NCBI GenBank assembly: GCA_030141605.1
Contig: JAQGDQ010000994.1
Location: forward strand, 1-64,000
Direction: 5' to 3'
DNA length: 64,000 nt
DNA from: Tubiluchus corallicola
Taxonomy: Eukaryota > Animalia > Priapulida
Position 1 is the first letter of the stretch; every line of letters begins with the position of its first letter. The notes below the pieces were generated by a model that saw only the letters and a list, made by a program, of their open reading frames with translations, had not been told where the DNA came from and did no database searches. Shown piece after piece: positions 12,601 to 25,000 of the stretch. Made by a program: the position numbers and the translations under genes.

Positions 12601-14493
12601 TCTTCCGGGAAACCCGGATTGTTTCTCCCAAACGACAACAAGGATAAGAGCAGCAGTGGTTACTTGGCATGGAAGCTTTCACCGAAGAAAGGGTTAGCGT
12701 TCTTGCAACATTCCAGAAAGCATAAAAGCTTTGATAAACCACGAGACGATCTGGATGTATTTGCACACAAAACAGACAACCAGGAAAAATTCCACAGCCT
12801 CCCGCGCAGCGCATCCAGTAAGGGCAGCAGGAAACATGAAACGCCATTCCAGAACTTGTTCGGAAGTTTCAAACACAGTTTCAGATCAAAAACGAAGCCG
12901 GAAGAACCGCTGAATAACGCGTCGACGCAAACTTTGAAATCGGTGGATAACATATCGGCCAGCGAACCGCCGCCGTCGCATAAAAAAAAACCGCACAGCG
13001 TCCTGCGTAAGCAACATAGCGTACCAACCGGCTGGAACGAAAATAAATCCCCGAAGAAAGCTGCAAAGGTCAAAAGGCAGAAGTCGCTCGACGCTTGTCC
13101 AGACAAGCCTGGCAAAGGATCATTGAAGAAGTCAATACGGAAATTGTTCTTCAAAAAGAGGTAATGTTATCATTTTATAACTAGTCGTGACATGCATGTA
13201 CACGAAATTCATGTTAACTAGCATATTAGATTTTGTGAAGCAAACTTGTCCTAAGAACAGGAAATGTGACAAAATCAGGAATGATCCTCGATTTGAACCA
13301 CGAAATTCATGTTAACTCGCATATTAGATTTTGTGAACCAAACTTGTCTTAAAAACAGGAAATGTGACAAAACCGGGAATGATCCTCGATTTGAACCATG
13401 AAATTCATGTTAACTAGCATATTAGATTTTGTGAACCAAACTTGTCCTAAGAACAGGAAATGTGACAAAATCAGGAATGATCCTCGATTTGAACCACGAA
13501 ATTCATGTTAACTCGCATATTAGCTTTTGTGAACCAAACTTGTCCTAAGAACAGGAAATGTGACAAAATCAGGAATGATCCTCGATTTGAACCATGGACC
13601 TTTGTGAAGCGTTCTAGTGCAATGCTGCCTTGTTCAGATCGTGTAAATCTAGTTGAATAAGGAGACCACGTTTCTAACCACGCAAATAGGCGACAAGAGC
13701 AAAATGAAAAATAATATGTATTTTTGGTTGTTCAGCAATTTTGTAAAATATGCATTGTTTATATTTACATTGTAAAATATACAATGTTACAAATAATCCA
13801 TCTCTTCTTAGTCAAAGTCACAGTGAAAATGAAAGTCGATTGTTTAGTCATAACCGCTCTGCATGTGCAGCTGCTAAAGTAGATTTTAGTCTGTTAAGTA
13901 AACGTGAATCACTGTTGTACGCTTGTGTCATTCTACAGACATGCAAGTGAGCTGACTGTCCCATGTTTAATTGTCATTATAGTAATTAAGGTGAAGCGTT
14001 TATGTACTGTACTTTCCCAAATGCATATACTGGCCACTCAAGCATAGTAAAACCACCGTTTATTAAGACCACTCATCGCCGGTCCCCTGATGGTTTTATT
14101 AAGCAGCAAATACTGAGCTACGTTACTAGAATGGCGTACCAAAGTTACGGCATTGTGTGTCATTCGTCACAAATAAAGGTCAATGAATAATGGAGGTTAG
14201 ATGCAACATTTTTCCCTTCTTGTAAAGGCTTCTAATGTGACAAGATTCTCGTTACCGGATGCTGTTTCAAGCAGCAATCTCGTTACCGGATGCTGCTCTA
14301 CTGCAAATACGTATTTATTTTCAGGAAGAATAGATCAAGAGTTGTGGAGCTGAAAGGCGACGGTTGCCATAGCGACGAGAGTCTGAGCGGCGGCAGCTCG
14401 TTAGAAGTTCTGCATGTGAAAACGCAAAGTCAAAACAATGACGACGAACAGTTGAGCGGAAACGAAACTGCTGAACCACACTCACCCAGATGA
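698..14493 (+). CDS. Dbl-homology (DH/RhoGEF) domain protein, 3' exons; no PH domain seen; resembles ARHGEF33-type DH proteins
   Basis: Phase-compatible GT-AG exons 698-827 (RHKITMELFCSEQKYCSNLWTLQGTFIEPLKK), 2974-3106 (IMFPRELYTLYEEHCKFLHQLE), 4984-5091 (ELLNVYGSYIEDFTMAQKKMKLCFHEVQDFRRFIR), 9512-9669 (KLLRFTNHDHSDYELLQSTQDCLKEF), 12441-13160 (Ser/Lys-rich) and 14325-14493 (stop TGA). The ELxxSExxY and LLxxTxxxHxDY motifs are DH hallmarks. The 5' end is not identified and probably lies upstream of the window. Confidence 0.85.
966..2692. repeat. 27-bp minisatellite, ~64 copies, intronic
   Basis: Unit CTAGGCAACAAATGCAATGCAATCTAT; more degenerate at the 5' end; source of the spurious ORFs 981-2426 and 1922-2761. 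Confidence 0.95.
3072..3830 (+). repeat. 39-bp minisatellite (~19 copies) derived from the 3' end and donor site of RhoGEF exon 2974-3106
   Basis: Unit GTACATGCTTGTCAGAGCATTTTCATATTGACCACATGA. Intact CAC|GTGAGT at 3107, 3263 and 3419; the other units read CAC|ATGAGT. Confidence 0.93.
5681..6060. mobile_element. ~380-bp MITE with AAGCCTTTTCAC termini (PIF/Harbinger-like, tentative)
   Basis: Left AAGCCTTTTCACAGTTTC, right GAACTGCGAAAAGGCTT. Related copies at 15706-16095 (inverted) and 35006-35396; partial copies at ~5288-5430 and ~12055-12220. Confidence 0.8.
7952..8468. mobile_element. Non-autonomous hAT-like DNA transposon
   Basis: TIRs CAGGAATGTTACCGAAAC / GTTTCGATAACATCCCTG; degenerate 8-bp flanks ATTATTTT / ACCATTTT; subterminal TTTCGG motifs. 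Confidence 0.65.
8492..9492. repeat. Complex 9-bp-based satellite (GTAATGTGC/GTATTGTGG) ending ~20 bp before the 9512 acceptor
   Basis: Visible periodicity; explains the His/Thr-rich and Cys/Val-rich ORFs at 8426-9562. Confidence 0.95.
10390..10831 (+). mobile_element. 5'-truncated copy of the Tc1/mariner (pogo/Tigger-like) MITE at 54972-55428
   Basis: Colinear similarity to ~55015-55428; ends CCGAGGTTGACAG followed by TA. Confidence 0.85.
10845..11080. repeat. AT-rich ~22-bp quasi-palindromic minisatellite
   Basis: Repeats of TAGTATATAATACTAGTATACA. Confidence 0.9.
11237..11498. repeat. 24-bp minisatellite, ~11 copies
   Basis: Unit GGCTGCAAGAGATGGAACCAAGAT. Confidence 0.95.
13201..13594. 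repeat. 98-bp tandem repeat, 4 copies, 40 bp downstream of a donor
   Basis: (C/T)GAAATTCATGTTAAC recurs at 13203, 13301, 13399 and 13497. Confidence 0.93.
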
Positions 14494-14499
14494 GAAAAG

Positions 14500-14921
14500 T
14501 AATTAAGCAGCAGCACAAGGTTGAATGTTGATTAATCAGCAGCAGCACAAGGTTGAATGTTGATCAATCAGCAGCATCACAATGTTGAATGTTGATTAAT
14601 CAGCAGCAGCACAAGGTTGAATGTTTATTAATAAGCAGAATCACAATGTTAAATGTTGATTAATCAGCAGCAGCAGCACAGGGTTGAATGTTGATGAATC
14701 AGCAGCAGCACAGGGTTGAATGTTGATGAATCAGCAGCAGCACAAACTTGAATGTTGATGAATCAGCAGCAGCATAAAGTTGAAAGTTGATAAATCAACA
14801 GCAGCACAAAGTTGAGTGTTGATGAATCAACAGCAGCACATAGTTGAATGTTGGTTAAGCAGCAGCAACAGCAGCAGCACAAAGTTGAATGTTGATTAAT
14901 CAGCAGCAGCACCAGGTTGAA
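14500..14921. repeat. ~32-bp minisatellite just after the RhoGEF stop codon (3' UTR)
   Basis: Unit AATCAGCAGCAGCACAAGGTTGAATGTTGATT. Confidence 0.9.
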
Positions 14922-15705
14922 ATCTAGATGATGATGAAACATGTCAACGATAATAAATGTTTCTTAAGTGTTAATTAAAATAGGCTGCAGCACGCCGCCA
15001 TGTTCTCACAACTGTTTCATTTATGTAAGTTTTCTCCATTTACAAACTTTCAAACATAGAGTGACATTTGCATAGCATCCCTGTGTGGATGCGTTTTGAG
15101 GGGATGTGAAATCAGTAAAATTGTTTTATATTATTTTCAATGCACCCGCTCTTGCTTTCTTTTTCTGCAGCTGTTTCCTATTGATCTTTTTCCGCAGGTG
15201 GAAAACGCATCCGCATCCGGATGCTACATAAACGCCACTTAACGTGGCAACCAACTGACCTTGAACGGAAATGAATAAAATGGCGACTGCATAATTGTTG
15301 CTGGGCGATTAATGTTTTTTAGTTTTTACTATCTTGTGTTCCCCGGGAACTTTTTGTTGCCCTCGAACTTGCCACGGCAGCAAGGAGCAGATAAGATTTA
15401 TGGAATAGGTGCTTCTCCTTCCATTTGCCAAGCATTACATATAATATGTATGGAGTAGTTTATTATTTATATCTTTTAGTTGTTATCAATGCAATTGCTA
15501 CCCAATAATTTGTATGTAAATGACTGTATCTGTTGCTTGGTTATGTGATATTTCAAATAGTTGGAAAGTTCGTAATTTTTACAGCGAAAGAAGTTATTGA
15601 CACTTGCCAACGTAAGTATTACAACTTATTTAAAGTAATCAAGCATTGTTTAAAATTTCACGTACGAGCAAGTCACTTTTTACTACGGCAGCAATTTTTT
15701 CTAGT

Positions 15706-16095
15706 AAGCCTTTTCACATTCCAGAGATTGATGATGATCGTGAAAAGGTCAAAGGTTAATTGTACCAGACAACGCATTTCTGTACACTTGACAACGCGTC
15801 GCAGCTCATGCTATTGTAATAGTAACGGTTTTAACAGCTGGCTAGAACCTTACCTAGTTCATTTTTTCTTGTTTCCAAGCAAGATTCTGCTAGTAAATCA
15901 TTCTATGCAGAGACTAATGCATAATTAGGTAAAGCGCATGTAAAACATCAAGGAACGTTCCTGAGCTGATGTGACAGACGGCTTTGCTTTACCCACATAT
16001 CACGTGGCAGTTGTACTAAGACGCTTTGTCGTTGTACATTTAACCTTTGACCTACAGCAACTGCATGTGCGCACATCGAAACTGTGAAAAGGCTG
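15706..16095. mobile_element. AAGCCTTTTCAC-family MITE, inverted copy
   Basis: Reverse-complement match to 5681-6060; both termini present. Confidence 0.8.
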
Positions 16096-17605
16096 ATTGC
16101 ATAAATCCGGTGCCTTTTGTTCTTGTAGTGAACAAAAAGCGATCGAATTTGTCGTCATGAATGAACTTCAAAATAATTCTGTTCGCTGTTCGCTAAAACC
16201 TAACGTGGTCACTCTGATTTCTTTTCACTCGAATAGAATTTAATCTGAGATTTTTATTGTTTGTTTTCACCAGTTTATGGTGCTCATGCGTCAGGAGAAA
16301 ATCTTTCACAATTTTTGTATGCAATCGAGTTTTATTGCTGCAATTTGACTGTCTGTTAAACGTGTTGAGTTTTCCTTTAATCTGCTGTTAAATGAAATTG
16401 AAATTTTCTACTTAAATTTATACTTATCGTGTTTACTTAATCTTTGAGATACATTGCTATTGTTATAATTTTCTCTTGTAATTGTGAATTCTTGCAAAAC
16501 TTCCATGCACTTTATGTACCTTAATGTTATAAATAATGAATTTATTAAAATTACAAGCTCATGGGCTTGTATATTTTACGGTGCTCTTCGCTCTGCTAGC
16601 AAATTAGGAAAAATTTGATACAGATTTTTTTTTTAAATTTACGTACGATTCCTTGTCGCTTGTTATAAATCATGTACGCAGATAAACGTATTCGCAAATG
16701 GTAAAAGGTTTGTTTTTATGTTAACAGAGTTAGCCATTTTACCTTGTTAGTTTTAAGCTACAATCGATTTTACTGTGTCCTATGCAAAATTACATAGAAC
16801 TGCAACGTTGCTAGACGGTTAAGTTTTAATATAGATTTTTTTTAGTTCTACTGGACTGCAGATATCATTTCTCCGAGACGTGTGCTGCAATCTAGCGGAC
16901 AAAAATTTATGCACATTTGCGAGAGCGTATTTTAACCATTAGTAACTCTGTGCCTACGTGTTTTCAATGGTGCTTATAATTTTCCTCGTTTGTATTTATT
17001 TTTGTACCCAAATACGCATTTTAAATCTTGTTAAATTGCTCTATTTTTATTGTGATACAGAAAAATCTATGTATTTAAGCAGCGGTCGATCATCTAAGTT
17101 TTGTTTTGAAGGAAGATAAAATTGTAACCTGCTCAGAAGTGTTATCGTTTCAGAAAAATGTGTTCATAATTATTACAACGTTTAGACGTGTAAATGTTAT
17201 CAATACTTCTACCTAATTTTTTCAATTTCTGAAACGAAATCGTTGACTATTTTGAGGAAATACAGAACAGCCATGAAAGTTGAATAATCATCTAGTACTA
17301 TTTTTGTAAAGTGGCATATAAAATTATAACTATGCAGCTTAAGAAATATTCCTTGTATTTTAGGTATCAATGTAAATACAAGTTAAAATTTCACTTCAAT
17401 AAACATTGTCAAAATATTAACTATAAGCATTTTGCTTTTTGTGTTCGCAGCGTGTAGAGTAAGACCCGCTTAACGACACTGACTCAGAAAAATGTGATGT
17501 TAAGTGAAACATTGAAAAAACCATGACAAAAGTTCAATGTCACTAAACGCTACTAAACAGGGAGCCATTATGCCAGAGCTTACTGTGCCTTGAATCATTT
17601 GAGAA

Positions 17606-18270
17606 ATCTGTTACGTGTCCTCTCGTGAATGTGTCAAACTTGGGAGGTGTTTAAATCACCGAGGCTCCTGTATCTTGGGGGGTCTAAGAATTTGAAAAAC
17701 AATCTGTTACGTGTCCTCTCATGAACATGTCAAATTTGGGAGGTGTTTAAATCACCGAGGCTCCTGTATCTTGGGGGGTCTAAGAATTTGAAAAACAATC
17801 TGTTACGTGTCCTCTCGTGAACATGTCAAATTTGGGAGGTGTTTAAATCACCGAGGCTCCTGTATCTTGGGGGGTCTAAGAATTTGAAAAACAATCTGTT
17901 ACGTGTCCTCTCATGAACGTGTCAAATTTGGGAGGTGTTTAAATCACCGAGGCTCCTGTATCTTGGGGGGTCTAAGAATTTGAAAAACAATCTGTTACGT
18001 GTCCTCTCATGAACATGTCAAATTTGGGAGGTGTTTAAATCACCGAGGCTCCTGTATCTCGGGGGGTCTAAGAATTTGAAAAACAATCTGTTACGTGTGC
18101 TCTCGTGAACATGTCAAATTTGGGAGGTGTTTAAATCACCGAGGCTCCTGTATCTTGGGGGGTCTAAGAATTTGAAAAACAATCTGTTACGTGTCCTCTC
18201 GTGAACGTGTCAAACTTGGGAGGCGTTTAAATCACGGAGGCTCCTGTATCTCGGGGGTCTAAGAATTTTG
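17606..18270. repeat. 96-bp tandem repeat, 7 copies, between convergent genes
   Basis: AATCTGTTACGTGT recurs at ~17606, 17701, 17797, 17893, 17989, 18085 and 18181. Confidence 0.95.
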
Positions 18271-19012
18271 ACAAACATTTTCAAAGTGAAGTTTGCACCA
18301 AAATGACAAGAAATCAAAAATATGCTTCTATTCCATTGTTCTGTTTACATTAAATACTAAAACATGACCATACGAATCTAATCTTAATTTTAAAGTATTC
18401 AAATATTGACTTGCAAAAAAACAAAACATGTTTAACCCTTTCATACATGTTTTCTGCCTTTAAAATTAATAAAATTTTAAAACTGACAGTTATTTGATCT
18501 GTTAATAGTTATTTTGATTTAAGCCAATAACAATAGACTAAAAATGGTAATAAAATGGCAAACTAGAAAATCTACACAGCACAAAAAACTGCTCAAGGTA
18601 CAGTACTTTAGAGACGACTTTGTACAGATCAGCATAGCGTGCATACTAAATGTCTTAAATACTTTAAAAAATTATCAGCAGTTGCAAAATGAAGCACATT
18701 TTTTGCTTTTGTTGTTTTTAAAAAAGTCGGGACTGAAAGGGTTAATTTGATTTTCATTTCTTAGCGAATAAGAGGAATACTGCAAAGATGGATAAATATG
18801 TAGACAAATTACTTAGCATAAATATACAGAGAAAACAAATAAACTACATTCTAAAAAAATATCACAGTCTGAGAAACACAGGTGAATATGAATTTGGTTC
18901 CTTTTGTCAAAATTTGAAGCTTCTTTGGCAAACAGATTCAATCGGGGACGAAGTTCCCAATATCTGTGCCACCTAGCGGAGATTTTAAGAACTAGCACCC
19001 GTGGAGATCAAC

Positions 19013-22000
19013 CTAATTCTCCTTCTCAATGTTTGAAGATTCTTTGGCGAGTAGATTTGGATCGGAATCGAATTTCGCGATTTCGGCGCCGCCTAGTCGA
19101 GATTTCAGGAACTCGACTTCGAAAGAGAGCGTCTTTTTCTCCTGAACAAGATGATTTTGGTAATTGAGCAACTCGGTTATCTGAAATCACGAGCAAGAAA
19201 GTTCAAGTTTAGTTTAGAAACAAGCAAATCTGTCAGAAGTTTGACTACAGAGAATTTGGGTCACGCTGTACAAATTCTTCAGTAAGTATTGCAGCTCAAA
19301 TGTATGTTATGGAGGTAAGGTACACCTTTTGTTTATCTTTAATATTATGCAACAATGAACGCTAATCCTAAAGAATTCTAAGATACACTTGTTTTCAACT
19401 TTTTTCTTCATGACTAAGCATACATGTTTATCCACTTTTGCTAGCTACAAGCGAAAAATTAATTATTTTTTCTTCCTTTAGCTTTAGCCCTAATCATAAT
19501 ATTAATCTTAAATACGTAATGGTTAAATTATTATTTAAAGATAATCACGTGTGTCTCTTCTTTCCCATTATTGGACATTATTTTATTATAAACTAACACA
19601 TTCGTATAATAATTCAATGTTCATTCGTCTTAAATGCAAAATCTGATAATTTTTAATTACCTGGTACATGTGCATTAATTAATTAATTAATTATATTAGT
19701 AACAATTCTGAGAGGGTGGCTGACCTCGATAACTTATAGTTCTTTCGCCACCCTTTCACCACTAATCAATAATTACTTTTGCACTTTGTAATATTATTGT
19801 ATGTTGTATAGATTTATAAATCTCTTAGTTATGTATTTTGCTATTTTAAAAATGGTGATAAACTAATAAACTTACTTACTTACTTACTTATTGCACTATT
19901 ACGATTGTCGTTGTACAAATGACCATGAAACGTAGAAAGCCCAGTGGTCATTTCGTCCTTGTGACCGGTCTAAGGGTAAATTTAAGCACCAGAAATTTTG
20001 GCATTTTTTAGTGTCAAAATCAAAATGTCAAAAAAAATTAAGACAATTTTGGCTATTACTGAACTTTCTTATGCTGTTATTACAGGCCACTGGTTGGTTG
20101 GCATCCTTCTGTCTCGGAAAACAATGGAGTGTCCGCCAAGAGAGTCAGCTATTGATCACATTGATGGAGCTGCAGCGTCGACTGTAGCTGAGCAATCCAA
20201 TCCTTGAACCACTGGAGTGGCCTCTCCAGTGCGTGCGCCTAGGCAAGGTGTATGGAGATCCTGAGTTGCCCAGATAACAGGAACCCCCTCTCTTCCTCCC
20301 TGGTGTAGTCTAAAGGAAAGCGGAGCGATACGTTTGGCACCAGGTTGGCTGCAGGAGCTGCCGGAATCAGTGAGCATGCTGCACTGGTCCACCTTCGGGA
20401 CTCCACTCAAACAGGACACTATGCTTTTCGTAAACATAAATATGCTCTTTTGTTTTCACAAGAAATGCTCAATAGCACCGAAAAGTAGTGGCGGTTTGTA
20501 GCTAAGGTTCGGGGGGGGGGGGGGGGGGGGTTGTTTACCATTGTTTTAATATTGTGTAAAACAGTGTTGAAGTTCACTTACAGTCACTTGGGGATGTGAG
20601 GCAGCCATGATTAATTTATTTAAATTTTCTGTAGAAATAAAAGAACTGAAAAAACTTCGAATTAAACAGAAAAGTTGGAAGCATGACGATAATCTAATTC
20701 TACACTTTGTCACATTCAAACATTCAAAAATATGGTACATGGTTTTTAAGCACAACACGCTGAGTAAAAAAGAAACGCTACTTTACACTTGCACAACAGG
20801 GTCGGTACTGCAAGAGCGGCAGTGCTTTCTCTACCTAGTGTGCAGCTTTAATCAATTATGCTGAGTTATTTGAATCAATTATCAACAGTTTTTATATACA
20901 TTTCAATAGGAGCGGCTCGTACCAGACGTTTTTGAGTCAATTAGGCAACTGATGCTTTTAACCGCGAGTCTAATAAATGGCACCTGCTGTATCTTCCCTT
21001 AAAGTAGCAAGAAAGAGGCGTAAGATAACAAGTGACTTACAAAGAGTTAAGAGGCTGCAGCGTTGAGCCCAAATCGGATCCAACCAAACTGACCGATACC
21101 AACACAGGTGTGATCAATAAAATAAATAAAAAACCAGTAAATAAAAAATAGAAAAAGATAAGATTTTACCCGCTGCACTGATACGTCAGCTTCGTCTTCA
21201 AGTTCCTGAACTTGCCGTTTGAGCTGTTCTTCAACGGCAGCATGATTGCCTATTGAAGCTTCCATAACGTGCTGCCGCCTTGTGGTCTTTTCTAGCTTTT
21301 CCATAACAGAAGCATTGTGCGATTGGGAGACTTTTAATCTACGTCTGACAATTAAATTGTTGGTTCGTTAATGCTAATTAATCATAGCAATTAATTTACA
21401 CTGTGTGTGTGTGCATGCGTGTGTGTGTGTGCGTGCATGCGTGTGTATGTGTGCGTGTGTGCATGCGTGTGTGTGTGCATGCGTGTGTATGTGTGCGTGT
21501 GTGCATGCATGCATGTGTGCGTGCGTGTTTGTTTCAAAAATATCGCTTTTGAATACATGACATATGGATGCTTTTTTTTGCTATCATTTGATACAAAAAG
21601 CAAGTAAATCATTAAAAATTTAATAAAACTTATAATTTATGAGTTATTTAAATAAGAGGATCAAAGACAGACAAACTCCCTGAACAAGGATAAGCAAACT
21701 GTTTGATCAAAGGTAAACAAACTCGCTGAACAAACATAAACAAACTCTTTAAACAAAGGTAAACAAACTCCTTGAACAAAGGTAAACAAACTCTTTAAAC
21801 AAAGGTAAACAAACTCGCTGAACAAAAATAAACAAACTCTTTAAACAAAGGTAAACAAACTCCTTGAACAAAGGTAAACAAACTCTTTAAACAAAGGTAA
21901 ACAAACTCTTTAAACAAAGGTAAACAAACTCCTTGAACAAAGGTAAACAAACTCTTTAAACAAAGGTAAACAAACTTGCTGAACAAAAATAAACAAACTC

Positions 22001-25000
22001 TTTAAACAAAGGTAAACAAACTCCTTGAACAAAGGTAAACAAACTCCTTGAACAAAGGTAAACAAACTTTCTAAACAAATGTAAGCAGACTCCCTAAACA
22101 AAGATAAACAAAGTTCCTGGACAAAGGTAAACAAAGTACCTGAACAAAGGTAAACAAAGTCCCTAAATAAAGGTAAGCAAACTACATGAACAAAGGTAAA
22201 CAAACTACGTGAACAAAGGTAAACAAACTACGTGAACAAAGGTAGACAGTCTCCCTGGACAAAGGAAAACAAAGTCCGTGAACAAAGGTAAAGAAAATTC
22301 TGGAACAAAAGTAAACAAACAATAACAAACTTACCTATGCTTAGCACTTGACTGTTCAAATCGCTCTAATATTGACTGACATTCAATCTTTAATTTTTCG
22401 ATCAGTGAATTCTGGTCCGTAATCACATCATTCAAATCCATTTTTGTGGACGCTAAAAACAAGCAATCAGCCCATCACCTTCATACAATTTTCTGCTGTA
22501 CAACTAAGAGACACAATGCTACCTCAGCATCATCAACAAGCAATTTTTCGGATGCTAAAGTAGATTGAGGTTACTGCTGCACTACTGAATATTCTTAACA
22601 TGAATGACTACACTCATATCTCGGTTTGCCGGACCTCGCTTTTACGGATATCGGAAGAATCAAACAAAATCTGGGCCGTTAGAAAGTCCTGCATAGTACG
22701 GACACAGTCCGTTGTTTCGTGAGCTGACCGATAGTTGGCAGGCCGTCACTTTGTTTACATTATTACATCAGTGTAATCAGGTGTATATCTCTACATATAA
22801 AAGTATAGAGTCAATTATGCAGAGTTATTTGAGCCAATTGCTGACAGTTTTTATATACTTTCACATAGGAGCGGCCCGTACTGGACGTTTTTGAGACAAT
22901 TAGATGATTGATTCTACATTACCATGAATTTAACACATGGCACTTACTGTATTAGCTTAGTATCGGTAAATACAGACAATCGTTAAGTTGAGACCGATAT
23001 TTCTCCGTTTTTGTCTGGCAGACTGAGATAGGAGTGGATATGAAACTGTGATTTTAAAGCTGAATATCCACAGTGGTGCGGTAGCCCTACTCTTTGCTAA
23101 GATTTGCAACAAAGATTCACGTGCAAAAAAATGACACACAGACACACTACCCTACTACTACTTGAACTGATAGATAAAGGTACTTAAAAGATAGTTGATA
23201 ATGATTCCTGTGTGTTCAAGCCTGAGTGTATCAGTATGGTACCCTTACAAGGCAGCAAATATTATTTTTGACATGTGGTAAAAATGAGAAAGTGGAAAAC
23301 GAAAATAGTAGACTGTCTGTCTACACTGTCTGTCTACACTTAACACTCAAACCTGATGAACATTCAAGCTAACAAACATTTAGCCTCACAAACAATTAGA
23401 CAAGTAGTCAAACCAACATTTAACCTCACAAACAATTAGACAAGTAGTGAAACAAACATATAGCCTAACGAACAATTAGACAAGTAGTCAAACCAACATT
23501 TAACCTAACGAACAATTAGACAAGTAGTGAAACAAACATATAGCCTAACGAACAATTAGACAAGTAGTCAAACCAACATTTAACCTAACGAACAATTAGA
23601 CAAGTAGTGAAACAAACATATAGCCTAACGAACAATTAGACAAGTAGTGAAACAAACATTTAACCTAACGAACAATTAGACAAGTAGTGAAACAAACATT
23701 TAACCTAACGAACAATTAGACAAGTAGTGAAACAAACATTTAACCTCACAAACAATTAGACAAGTAGTGAAACAAACATTTAACCTAACGAACAATTAGA
23801 CAAGTAGTGAAACAAACATTTAACCTCACAAACAATTAGACAAGTAGTGAAACAAACATATAGCCTAACGAACAATTAGACAAGTAGTCAAACCAACATT
23901 TAACCTAACGAACAATTAGACAAGTAGTGAAACAAACATATAGCCTAACGAACAATTAGACAAGTAGTCAAACCAACATTTAACCTCACAAACAATTAGA
24001 CAAGTAGTGAAACAAACATATAGCCTAACGAACAATTAGACAAGTAGTCAAACCAACATTTAACCTAACGAACAATTAGACAAGTAGTGAAACAAACATT
24101 TAGCCTCACAAACAATTAGACAAGTAGTCAAACCAACATTTAACCTCACAAACAATTAGACAAGTAGTGAAACAAACATATAGCCTAACGAACAATTAGA
24201 CAAGTAGTCAAACCAACATTTAACCTCATAAACAATTAGACAAGTAGTGAAACAAACATTTAGCCTCACAAACAATTAGACAAGTAGTCAAACCAACATT
24301 TAACCTCACAAACAATTAGACAAGTAGTGAAACAAACATATAGCCTAACGAACAATTAGACAAGTAGTCAAACCAACATTTAACCTAACGAACAATTAGA
24401 CAAGTAGTGAAACAAACATTTAACCTAACGAACAATTAGACAAGTAGTGAAACAAACATTTAACCTCACAAACAATTAGACAAGTAGTCAAACCAACATT
24501 TAACCTAACGAACAATTAGACAAGTAGTGAAACAAACATATAGCCTAACGAACAATTAGACAAGTAGTCAAACCAACATTTAACCTAACGAACAATTAGA
24601 CAAGTAGTGAAACAAACATTTAACCTCACAAACAATTAGACAAGTAGTGAAACAAACATATAGCCTAACGAACAATTAGACAAGTAGTCAAACCAACATT
24701 TAACCTCACAAACAATTAGACAAGTAGTGAAACAAACATATAGCCTAACGAACAATTAGACAAGTAGTCAAACCAACATTTAACCTAACGAACAATTAGA
24801 CAAGTAGTGAAACAAACATTTAGCCTCACAAACAATTAGACAAGTAGTCAAACCAACATTTAACCTCATAAACAATTAGACAAGTAGTCAAACAAACATA
24901 TAGCCTAACGAAAATTAGACAAGTAGTCAAACAAACATATACCCTAACGAACAATTAGACAAGTAGTCAAACAACCATTTAACCTAACGAACAATTAGAC

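Noticed and set aside
20850-22905. Similar ~90-bp segments at ~20855-20945 and ~22815-22905
   Set aside because: Likely fragments of a dispersed repeat; no boundaries or class could be defined.
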